Below, one piece after another: positions 50,912-60,775 of a DNA stretch of 64,000 nt. Each line of letters opens with the position of its first letter. Within the stretch, counting starts at the first letter, position 1. The position numbers and the translations under genes are program-made. Source of the DNA: Planctomycetota bacterium (lineage in GTDB: Bacteria > Planctomycetota > UBA1135 > UBA2386); the NCBI GenBank assembly GCA_028281765.1, contig JANQJF010000072.1, positions 4,826-68,825 on the forward strand, written 5' to 3'. The notes beneath the pieces were generated by a model, which saw nothing but the letters and a program-made list of their open reading frames with translations, searched no databases and was not told where the DNA came from.

Positions 50912-52489
50912 GTGTTCGAAGTCCTGGAAACCGGCCTCGACGGCCTCGATTCGATCCTCGGCGGTGGCATCCGCTACCCCGCGGGATCCGCCGCGTTCGT
51001 GTTCATCACCGGCGGCCCGGGCTCGGGCAAGACCGTCCTCGCGCTCGAGATGACGGTTCGCGCGTGGCTGGACGCCGAAGACGGCACGACCTGCCTCTAC
51101 TACTCCGTCGAGCACTCCCCCCAGAATCTCTACCGAAAGCTGCAGTTCGACTTCGACTTCTACGGAGCCGACGCGGAGATCGTGCCGCTCGAGCAGGAAG
51201 TGCCGAACAAGCTGTGCCTCGAGGCCAAGACCGCGAAGGGCAAGTCACGTCTGGTGCTCACCCAGGCCAGCGCGGCGACGCTTGAGCAGCGGCCCGCCGG
51301 CAGCTCGGTCGACGTCGACTGGATCCTCGTCGAGATCGGCAACTACCTGCTCGCCGGCGACGTGCACATGGCGTGCATCGACAACATCGGGCTGCTGCTG
51401 ACCGAGCTCGACTACTACGGCAAGCGCACCGCGCTCCTGCGCACGCGTCGCACGCTGATGTCCAAACGGATCCACGGCGTCTTCGTGCAGGAGAACACGG
51501 ACCCACGCGACATGCGCATGCCGACCGCCGAAGAGTTCTCGACGGACTGCCTGATCGAGCTCTCGTTCCGCGACGAGCGCGGATCGTTCAAGGCGCGCAG
51601 CATCGAGATCTCCAAGGCGCGCCACCAGTACTACTACCGCGGCGCCCACCACTTCTCGATCGCGGGACGTGGAGTCGAGCGCGACGGCTACCTCGGCGCG
51701 CGCAACGAGCGCGGTCCGGGCATCCACATCTACCCGTCGGTCGCCGCGCAGCTGTCGATCGCACGAGACAACCAGACCAACGCCGTGCCCGAGCGCGGGG
51801 CCGATGTCATCGACATGGGCCACCCGGAGCTCCTCACCGCATTCGTCAACAACACGGGTCCGACCGAGCGGTCCTCGACCGTCTTCCTCGCCGAACCCGG
51901 CACCGGGTACACGCGCCTCGCGCTGCGCTTCCTCGCGGCCGGTCGCCGCCAAGGCGAGACCACACTCATGGTCTCCACGAAGGAGGACCAGGACGCCTTG
52001 CGACGCATCTGCGCACGCGACGAATCGCTCGCGCCACACGCCCTCGACGGGCAGGGGTTCGCGGACGGCTTCCGCGTGCTCTACCTGCACCCCGAGTTCA
52101 TCAGCGCCGGCAAGTTCACGTGGGACCTGCTGCAGCTGACCACGGCAGACGACGGCGCTCCACCGGTCACGCGTCTGGCCTTCGACAACATCTACCGACT
52201 CGGCACCCGGTTCCCGCTCCTGACGAATCAGGACTTCATGATCCCGGCGCTGCTCGACATCCTGCGCTATCGCAACGTGACGCCGCTGTTCATCGACCTC
52301 GTGCCCCCGGGCTCGGCCACGGGCCGCACCGACTTCGACCCGGCGCCCTACACGACGACGTTCGACAACGTGTTCCTCCTCTCGCTCGACGAGTCGGAAG
52401 GCCGGCACGTTCCGCAGCTCCAGGTCTTGAAGTCGACGGCCAACGACTTCACGCGCCGGGCGATTCCACTCGAAGTCCTCGGCGAGTGA
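50912..52489 (+). CDS. KaiC-like tandem RecA-superfamily ATPase (second domain with degenerate Walker A)
   Basis: Domain 1 Walker A GGPGSGKT with the KaiC-like leader GLDGLDSILGGG. Domain 2 has AEPGTGYT (Lys replaced by Tyr). GTG start. Confidence 0.7.
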   Translation: MFEVLETGLDGLDSILGGGIRYPAGSAAFVFITGGPGSGKTVLALEMTVRAWLDAEDGTTCLYYSVEHSPQNLYRKLQFDFDFYGADAEIVPLEQEVPNKLCLEAKTAKGKSRLVLTQASAATLEQRPAGSSVDVDWILVEIGNYLLAGDVHMACIDNIGLLLTELDYYGKRTALLRTRRTLMSKRIHGVFVQENTDPRDMRMPTAEEFSTDCLIELSFRDERGSFKARSIEISKARHQYYYRGAHHFSIAGRGVERDGYLGARNERGPGIHIYPSVAAQLSIARDNQTNAVPERGADVIDMGHPELLTAFVNNTGPTERSSTVFLAEPGTGYTRLALRFLAAGRRQGETTLMVSTKEDQDALRRICARDESLAPHALDGQGFADGFRVLYLHPEFISAGKFTWDLLQLTTADDGAPPVTRLAFDNIYRLGTRFPLLTNQDFMIPALLDILRYRNVTPLFIDLVPPGSATGRTDFDPAPYTTTFDNVFLLSLDESEGRHVPQLQVLKSTANDFTRRAIPLEVLGE

Positions 52490-53103
52490 GCTCCACGCGG
52501 TTTCGACGAATCGTGCTCGCGGGCACGACGCTGGCCGGCCTCGCGATCGCGGCAGCGCACCAGCACGTCGTCTGGTCCTCCGCACCCTACGTCGGCGCGC
52601 AGCCGGCGCCGCACGCCACGACGATCATCATCCTCGGCGCGAGCGTGCTCCGCGACGGCACGCCGTCGCACATGCTCGACGACCGACTGCGTACCGGAGC
52701 CGAGCTGTTCCGACGCGGACTCGCGCCGTCCGTCCTGGTTTCCGGGGACGGCTCGGGCGACGGCTACGACGAAGTCTCGGTGATGCGGCGGGAGCTGATC
52801 GCGCACGGCGTGCCGGAGGACACGATTCGCGTCGACCACGCGGGGTTTCGGACGCTGGACACGATGCGGAGGGCGTACGAGACGTTCGGCGTGCGGAAGG
52901 CGATCGTGGTGACGAATCCGTTCCACGTGCATCGGTCGGTGTTCCTGGCGCGGCAGGCGGGGATCGAGGCGACGGGGTATGCGGCGCGGGGGCATCGATA
53001 CAACGGAAGGGTGCTGGTGCGGCATCACGCGCGGGAGTATTTGGCGCGCGTGCTGGCTTGGCTGGACGTCTACGTGCTGTTCACGGAACCGCAGGTTCCG
53101 TGA
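52486..53103 (+). CDS. DUF218 (SanA/YdcF/ElyC-like) family protein
   Basis: Signal/TM N-terminus and DUF218 blocks (IIILGASV..DGTPS; VLVSGDG). GTG start overlaps the upstream stop (GTGA). Confidence 0.65.
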   Translation: MSSTRFRRIVLAGTTLAGLAIAAAHQHVVWSSAPYVGAQPAPHATTIIILGASVLRDGTPSHMLDDRLRTGAELFRRGLAPSVLVSGDGSGDGYDEVSVMRRELIAHGVPEDTIRVDHAGFRTLDTMRRAYETFGVRKAIVVTNPFHVHRSVFLARQAGIEATGYAARGHRYNGRVLVRHHAREYLARVLAWLDVYVLFTEPQVP

Positions 53104-53108
53104 ACAGC

Positions 53109-53251
53109 ACACTTGCCCTTGCCACTGCCCTAGCCTTTGCCTGGTGTGACGAACGAACGAGCCTTGCGCCGACGGGAGCACCAACGGGCGCTCCAGGCAA
53201 GGGCAAGGGCAAGGGCAAGTGACGCAGCTCGCGCCTACGGCGCGAGCTGCG
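53109..53251. repeat. Structured intergenic element: about 30-bp imperfect inverted repeats (CACTTGCCCTTGCC.../...GGCAAGGGCAAGTG) containing a (GGCAAG)x4 microsatellite, followed by a perfect 13-bp-stem hairpin overlapping the stop of the convergent hydrolase-OsmC gene
   Basis: Arms at 53109-53144 and 53193-53222. Hexamer repeat at 53196-53219. Hairpin CGCAGCTCGCGCC-TAC-GGCGCGAGCTGCG at 53223-53251. Confidence 0.6.
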
Positions 53252-54454
53252 TGGCGACCACGATCTCCCCCTCCAACGTCCGATGCACCGGACACCGGTC
53301 CGCGATCTCCAACATCCGCGCCCGCTGCGCCTCGTCCAACTCCCCCTCGATCACCAGCCGTCGCTCGATCCGGTCGATGCGCCCGGTCTTGGTCTCGCAC
53401 TCCTCACAGTCCTTCGCGTGCATCCGCCCGTGGCGCAGCTCACACGCGATCCGACTCACGGGTAGCCCCTTGTGCGTCGCGTACATACGCAGCGTCATGA
53501 CCGTGCACGAGCCGAGACTCGCGAGCAGATACTCGTAGGGACTCGGCCCGGTGTCGTCGCCGCCGACCTTCAACGGCTCATCGCCCACCAATACGTGTCG
53601 CCCGTTCTCGATGCGCACCTGGAACTTGCCGGCGCCGGTCTCGCCGACGCGCACGACGCCCGGCTCCAGCGCGTCTTCGCGGCTGTCGTCGACCGTCTCG
53701 ATGTAGCGGGCCGCCCACGCGGCGAGCACGGACGCGACGTAGCGCGAGTCCTCGGGGCGCGTCAGCAGATGGTCCGCGTCGGCCAGTGTCACGAAGCTCT
53801 TCGGGTGCTCGGCCGCGGCGTAGATCCGGCGCGCGTGGTCGATGTCCACGATCTCGTCGACCGGTGAGTGGAACACCATCAGCGCCTTGCCGAGTCCGCG
53901 CACGCGCTCGCGCAAACGCTGCTCTTCGATGTCTTCCAAGAACTGCTTCTGAATTCGGAACGTGCGCCCCGCGAGAACGACCGGCGCCTCACCGTCGCGC
54001 TCGATCTGATCGATCGCGCATTCGAACAAGTGCGACACGTGCGCGGGATCGCTCGGCGCGCCGATCGTCGCGACCGCGACGGCCTCCGGTACGTCGGGTG
54101 CGGCGGCCAGCACGGCAGCTCCACCGAGGCTGTGCCCGATCAACAGCTGCGGCGCCTGATGCTCTCGGCGCAGATGATCGACCGCGCGCAGCAGGTCCGC
54201 GACGTTCGAGGAGAAGTTCGTGTTCGCGAAGTCACCCTCACTCCCGCCCAGACCCGTGAAGTCGAAGCGCAGCACGGCGATGTCGAACTCGGCGAGCGCG
54301 CGGCTGATCCGCGCCGCTGCGAACACGTCCTTGGAGCACGTGAAGCAGTGGGCGAACACGGCCCACGCGACCGGCTCGTTCGACGGCAGCTCGAGACGCG
54401 CTGCGAGCGTCGCTCCGGTGGCGCCTTCGAACTCGACTTTGCGACTCTTCGTCA

Positions 54455-54455
<1 letters not shown>
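53235..54455 (-). CDS. Bifunctional alpha/beta-hydrolase / OsmC-family protein
   Basis: N-terminal alpha/beta hydrolase with GHSLGG nucleophile elbow. C-terminal OsmC/Ohr fold with the conserved Cys pair (SLGSCTVMT ... ADRCPV). Confidence 0.8.
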
Positions 54456-56389
<1,934 letters not shown>

Positions 56390-56475
56390 GGTCTGCTCCA
56401 GGAGAGCAGACTATCGGAGGAGATCGCGCGAACGTAGGCCCAGGTCCATACGCACGAACCCGTGTCGTGCCGGTG

Positions 56476-56510
56476 CCCGTGCCTTCTGCCCGTGCCCGGG
56501 CGTGTCCCGT
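56476..56510. repeat. CCCGTGCC repeat copies in the acs-pepA intergenic region, flanked by GTCTGC...GCAGAC hairpins (56391-56411 and 56531-56548)
   Basis: Read directly from the sequence. Same core as at 6689-6718. Confidence 0.55.
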
Positions 56511-56544
56511 GACCGGGCGGGCAGGGGCGCGGGCGCGGGGTCTG

Positions 56545-58038
56545 CTAGCGCAGACTGCGACACCACTCCAACAACGTTCGCACCGCCGTCCCCGACGCCC
56601 CGCTCTTGTAGTAGTCCTTGGGCATCCCGCCCCACGCAGCGCCCGCGATGTCCATGTGCACCCAGGGCGTGTCCCCGACGAAGAACGACAGGAACGCGCC
56701 ACCGTTCGTGCTGCCCGCGCCGTGGCCGGGGCTGTTGATGTTCGCGACGTCGGCGAACTTGCTGCGCGTCTGGTCGCGGTGGACCTCCCACAGCGGCAGT
56801 GGCCAGAGCGGTTCGTCCGTCGCCTTGCCCGCCGCGACGAGCTCGTCGCGGAGCCCCTCGTCGGTGCCCATGATCCCGGCCATCTCGTGGCCGAGCGCGA
56901 CGACGACCGCCCCGGTCAGCGTCGCGAGGTCGACCATCTTGACCGGCTTGTAGACCTTCTTCGCGTAGGCGAGGGCGTCGGCGAGGACCAGGCGGCCCTC
57001 CGCGTCGGTGTTGAGCACTTCGATCGTCGTGCCGTCGCACGCGCGCACGACGTCGCCGGGCTTCTGCGCGAGGCCGTCGGGCATGTTCTCCGCGGCCGCG
57101 ATCATGCCGACGATGCGCACCTTGTCGGGGCTGCCGGCCAGCGCGCCGTTCGCGATCGCGTGAAACAGTCCGAGCACCGCGCCACCGCCGCACATGTCGT
57201 AGCGCATCTCGTCCATCTTCGCGGACGGCTTGATCGAGATGCCGCCGGTGTCGAACGTCAGGCCCTTGCCGACGATGCAAACCGTCTTCTTCGCGCCCTT
57301 CGGGTTGTGGTCGAGGATGCAGAGCTTGGCCGGCTCGGCGCTACCACGCGACACGCCGAGGAACGACATCATGCCGAGCTTCTTCATCTCGGCTTCGCCG
57401 AGGATCTTCACCTTCACGTGCGGGCCGGCGAGCTTGCGCGACTCTTTCGCGAAGTAGGTCGGCGTCACGATGTTGCCGGGTCGATTCTCGACGTCGCGCG
57501 CGAAGTTCGTCGCGTTCGCGCCCTTCGTGCCGATCCCGAAGCCCCGCTTGAACGCCGCGGCCTTCTTGCCTCGGTAGAGCACCTCGCACTTCTGGCCGAA
57601 ACGCGGTTTCGGCTTGTCCTTCTGCGGGGGCTGGTAGGTGTACGAGCCGAGGACCAGTCCCTCGGCGACGACGCGACCCGCAATCTCGGCATCGATGCCC
57701 TTGTGGTCCTTCTCGTCGACGACCAGGTGGAACGACGCGACGCTCCGAGCCTCGGCGAGACCTTGCGCGACTGCGGCGCCGCGGCGCAGCGATTCCGTGT
57801 CGATCTTCTTGCGGTCCCCCATACCGACGAAGCCGAGCCGCTTCGGTGCGCCGCGACCGGACGGGTAGAACGTGCTGGTCTTGCGCGTGCCGGTCGAGAG
57901 GTCACCCGTCGCCTTGGCGTCCTTGACGGCATCGGACAGCGAACCGCCGAGATCGGGTGCCGCTCCGTCGTAGGCGAAAGCGACGACGAGATCGCTGCGC
58001 GGGATCTTCGTCGGGAAGGTCTTGTTCTGGATCTTCAT
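56545..58038 (-). CDS. pepA: Leucyl aminopeptidase (M17 family)
   Basis: M17 signature NTDAEGRL and metal-ligand blocks (VGKGLTFDTGG; DMCGGGAV). Confidence 0.9.
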   Translation of the reverse strand: MKIQNKTFPTKIPRSDLVVAFAYDGAAPDLGGSLSDAVKDAKATGDLSTGTRKTSTFYPSGRGAPKRLGFVGMGDRKKIDTESLRRGAAVAQGLAEARSVASFHLVVDEKDHKGIDAEIAGRVVAEGLVLGSYTYQPPQKDKPKPRFGQKCEVLYRGKKAAAFKRGFGIGTKGANATNFARDVENRPGNIVTPTYFAKESRKLAGPHVKVKILGEAEMKKLGMMSFLGVSRGSAEPAKLCILDHNPKGAKKTVCIVGKGLTFDTGGISIKPSAKMDEMRYDMCGGGAVLGLFHAIANGALAGSPDKVRIVGMIAAAENMPDGLAQKPGDVVRACDGTTIEVLNTDAEGRLVLADALAYAKKVYKPVKMVDLATLTGAVVVALGHEMAGIMGTDEGLRDELVAAGKATDEPLWPLPLWEVHRDQTRSKFADVANINSPGHGAGSTNGGAFLSFFVGDTPWVHMDIAGAAWGGMPKDYYKSGASGTAVRTLLEWCRSLR

Positions 58039-58081
58039 CGGGACGCGGAGTATCCCGGCCGGCGCCCCGGGACTCCAGCAG

Positions 58082-58762
58082 TTATCCCGGCTGCTGCAGG
58101 TCGGGGAGATCGCCGATCCACCGGCTCTCTCCGTCGGGACCGTCGAGGAACTCGCGCTTGAAGATCGGCGCCTCCTTCTTGATCCGATCCATGACGTAGC
58201 GGCACGCCTCGAACGCGGGGCCGCGGTGGGCCGAGGCGACGACCACGACGATCGAAGCTTCGCCGATCGGGACCTCGCCCGTCCGGTGCGCGACCCGCAC
58301 CCGACCGATCTCGAACTCGCGCTGCGCGTCCGCGACGATGGATTCGACGACCTTGGACGCCATCTCGTCGTAGGCCTCGTAGGAGAGCCCGCGCACGCGC
58401 TGACCGTCGTTGTGGTCCCGCGTGACGCCCGAAAACGTCACGACTGCGCCATCGTGATCCGTGCGGACCACGCGCTCGAGTTCGCGGGGATCGATCTCGT
58501 CGGGGGTCAACTCGAACACGGGCTCCCCCCCTGAGATCGGCGGAATGAACGCGACCTCGTCGCCATCGGCGAGCACGTGGTCAGGCTGACAGTAGGCCTG
58601 ATTCACCGCGTGCGCGAGCGGCAGGCGCAGCAGGTCCGGCGCACCTTCCGCGAGCTGCTCCTTGAGCTGCTGCAGAGTCGCGCCGTCGCCGACCTCGACA
58701 TCCAACTCATCGGTGCCGAGCAGCTCTCGGACAGTCGCAAAACATCGAACTCGAACCTTCAT
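58082..58762 (-). CDS. MoaD-MoaE fusion (molybdopterin synthase sulfur-carrier plus catalytic subunit)
   Basis: MoaD part ends ...IPPISGG, followed directly by MoaE blocks (AVVTFSGVTRD; IVVVVASAHR; YVMDRIKKEAPIFKREF). ATG 58762 overlaps the upstream SSF stop (ATGA). Confidence 0.8.
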   Translation of the reverse strand: MKVRVRCFATVRELLGTDELDVEVGDGATLQQLKEQLAEGAPDLLRLPLAHAVNQAYCQPDHVLADGDEVAFIPPISGGEPVFELTPDEIDPRELERVVRTDHDGAVVTFSGVTRDHNDGQRVRGLSYEAYDEMASKVVESIVADAQREFEIGRVRVAHRTGEVPIGEASIVVVVASAHRGPAFEACRYVMDRIKKEAPIFKREFLDGPDGESRWIGDLPDLQQPG

Positions 58763-60561
58763 TGCGCCGCCTCGCGCTCCGCGCGTTCTGACTGGAATCC
58801 CATCCGTAGGCCAACGGCACCGGCAACGGCAATACACACCCAGATCACACCCCACATCGTGTCCAGCAGCAGAAGCGACCCGAGACCGAGCAGGGCACCG
58901 AAGATCATGGCCGTCGACGCGATCCACATGCGTAGCTCACGGCCGAGTAATGTCCGCGGCAGCTGACACTCGTCAGGCACGCTCGACCACCAGCCACCTG
59001 GGCGCACTCGCTCGTAGAAGGCTCGCAGCTTGGCCCGCGAAGCCGGCTGGGTTGCGAACGTGACTGGTACCCAGACCGCGACCGACGTCGCTGCAATGAA
59101 CACGAGCTGCAGCTCGTCCTTGGGACCGCCCGTCGTCTGCGCCAGCCATTCCCCGACGCCCACGCGCGCGAAGATGAACGCAATCGCCGACGCGATCATC
59201 GCCGAGATCTCACTCCACGCGTTCACCCGCCACCACAGCCAGCGCAGAATCAGCACCGGTCCGGTACCGGCGGTCAGTTGCATCAAGACGCCCCATCCGG
59301 CAGCGACGCTCGTCATCTGCCATGCGACGATCGAGCCAACCGCCGCGACAACGGCGACCGCGACCCGCGCCACGAGAACACGACCACGTTCGTCGTCTCC
59401 ACGACGGACGAACGGCAGGTAGAAGTCGTTGACCAGGTAGCTCGCGGACAGATTCAGCGTGGTCGTGATCGTGCTCATGAATGCCGCCAAGAACGAGGCG
59501 ACGACCAGCCCCAGGATCCCGACAGGCAGGAACTGGAACATGTACGGATACGCCTTGTCCTGGTGGAACTCGTCCAGATCCGCCGGCGGGGCGACGCCTT
59601 CGCCGAGACGCGCATACTCGAAGAATCTCGGCTCGAGCGCGATGGCGGCCAAACCGACGATGATCCATGGCCACGGGCGCACGGCGTAGTGGGCGAAGAT
59701 GAACCAAAGGGTGCCCTTGCGGGCGTGGTCTTCATCGAGCGCAGCAGACATTCGCTGCGTCACGTAGCCACCACCGCCGGGCTCGGCGCCCGGGTAGTAG
59801 ACTGCCCACCAGTTCACGAGCACCAGGATCGAGACGGTCATCGAGAGCGTCCCCCACCCGGTCGGGAATATCTCGAGCGTTGCAGGATCCAGCTCGCCCA
59901 CTCGTCGCACGAGTTCGCCGAGGCCGCCCACTTCGACGACGCTCAACACCGCGAGCAAGATCGCGCCGAGCAGCGCCATCGCGAACTGCAGGACGTCCGT
60001 CGCGACCACACCCCACAGCCCCGACAACATCGTGTAGACGAACGTCAAAGCGAGCAGCACCGCAAGCGCCAACGCGGGCCGGATGTCGAACACCACCTCG
60101 CACACGTTGACCATCGCATTCGTGACCCAGCCGAACGTGATCGCGTTCAGCACGAGCCCCAGGTAGATGGCCTTGAATCCACGCAACGCACGAGCCGCGC
60201 CGCCGTCGTAGCGTCGGTCAATCAACTCGATCTCGGTGACCACCTCGGCGCGGCGCCACCAGCGCGAGAACACGAAGACCGTCAGGGTGCCGCCGAACAG
60301 GAAGCTCCACCAAACCCAGTTCTTCGCGACACCGGCGGCGACGACGAAACCCGCGACCGCAATCGGTGTGTCTGCCGCGAACGTAGTCGCGACCATCGAC
60401 GTGCCGAGTGCCCACCACGGTAGCTTGCGACCCGACAGGAAGTACTCAGAGAGCCCCGCTGACGCGCGCTTGCTGTAGTAGAGACCGATTCCGAGCGTCA
60501 CGGCGAGGAACCAACCGATGAACGCCCAGTCCCATCCGCTGAGTTCGAGTGCACCGATCAC
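58759..60561 (-). CDS. Sodium:solute symporter family (SSF) transporter
   Basis: 600-aa polytopic protein with SSF blocks. The GTG start at 60561 is preceded by GGAGG at -13. The ORF-track N-terminal extension (to 60996) is Arg/Ser-rich non-protein-like sequence. Confidence 0.75.
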   Translation of the reverse strand: MIGALELSGWDWAFIGWFLAVTLGIGLYYSKRASAGLSEYFLSGRKLPWWALGTSMVATTFAADTPIAVAGFVVAAGVAKNWVWWSFLFGGTLTVFVFSRWWRRAEVVTEIELIDRRYDGGAARALRGFKAIYLGLVLNAITFGWVTNAMVNVCEVVFDIRPALALAVLLALTFVYTMLSGLWGVVATDVLQFAMALLGAILLAVLSVVEVGGLGELVRRVGELDPATLEIFPTGWGTLSMTVSILVLVNWWAVYYPGAEPGGGGYVTQRMSAALDEDHARKGTLWFIFAHYAVRPWPWIIVGLAAIALEPRFFEYARLGEGVAPPADLDEFHQDKAYPYMFQFLPVGILGLVVASFLAAFMSTITTTLNLSASYLVNDFYLPFVRRGDDERGRVLVARVAVAVVAAVGSIVAWQMTSVAAGWGVLMQLTAGTGPVLILRWLWWRVNAWSEISAMIASAIAFIFARVGVGEWLAQTTGGPKDELQLVFIAATSVAVWVPVTFATQPASRAKLRAFYERVRPGGWWSSVPDECQLPRTLLGRELRMWIASTAMIFGALLGLGSLLLLDTMWGVIWVCIAVAGAVGLRMGFQSERAEREAAQ

Positions 60562-60728
60562 GATCCGGACCTCCGGTGCACGGCAACACCGAGACCGATC
60601 ATCACCGCCGCCGCGATCGCATTCGTCCAGCGGCCGGCCGCGTTGTCCGAGATCACGATCGCCACGAGCAGAGGCACCGCGAGCAGGTAGAACCCCACGG
60701 CGATCGGCATCACGGTTCGATCGGTCAT
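60558..60728 (-). CDS. Small (56 aa) two-TM membrane protein translationally coupled to the SSF transporter; not in the ORF track
   Basis: ATG at 60728. Translation is MTDRTVMPIAVGFYLLAVPLLVAIVISDNAAGRWTNAIAAAVMIGLGVAVHRRSGS. The stop TGA overlaps the SSF GTG start (GTGA). This mirrors the DUF4212-actP pair at 33392-35313. Confidence 0.55.
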   Translation of the reverse strand: MTDRTVMPIAVGFYLLAVPLLVAIVISDNAAGRWTNAIAAAVMIGLGVAVHRRSGS

Positions 60729-60775
60729 GCGGTAAACCTAGCAGGGCCGTGCCGGATACCCGAGGGACAAAACCC

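Noticed and set aside
51373-53103. 576-aa plus ORF overlapping the KaiC-like gene
   Set aside because: Only its last about 200 codons (the DUF218 protein) are protein-like. The upstream part is an out-of-frame read of the KaiC-like gene.
53137-53538. 133-aa plus ORF translating the (GGCAAG)4 repeat as QARARARAS
   Set aside because: It lies in the convergent intergenic gap and overlaps the hydrolase-OsmC gene antisense. It is a repeat-driven artefact.
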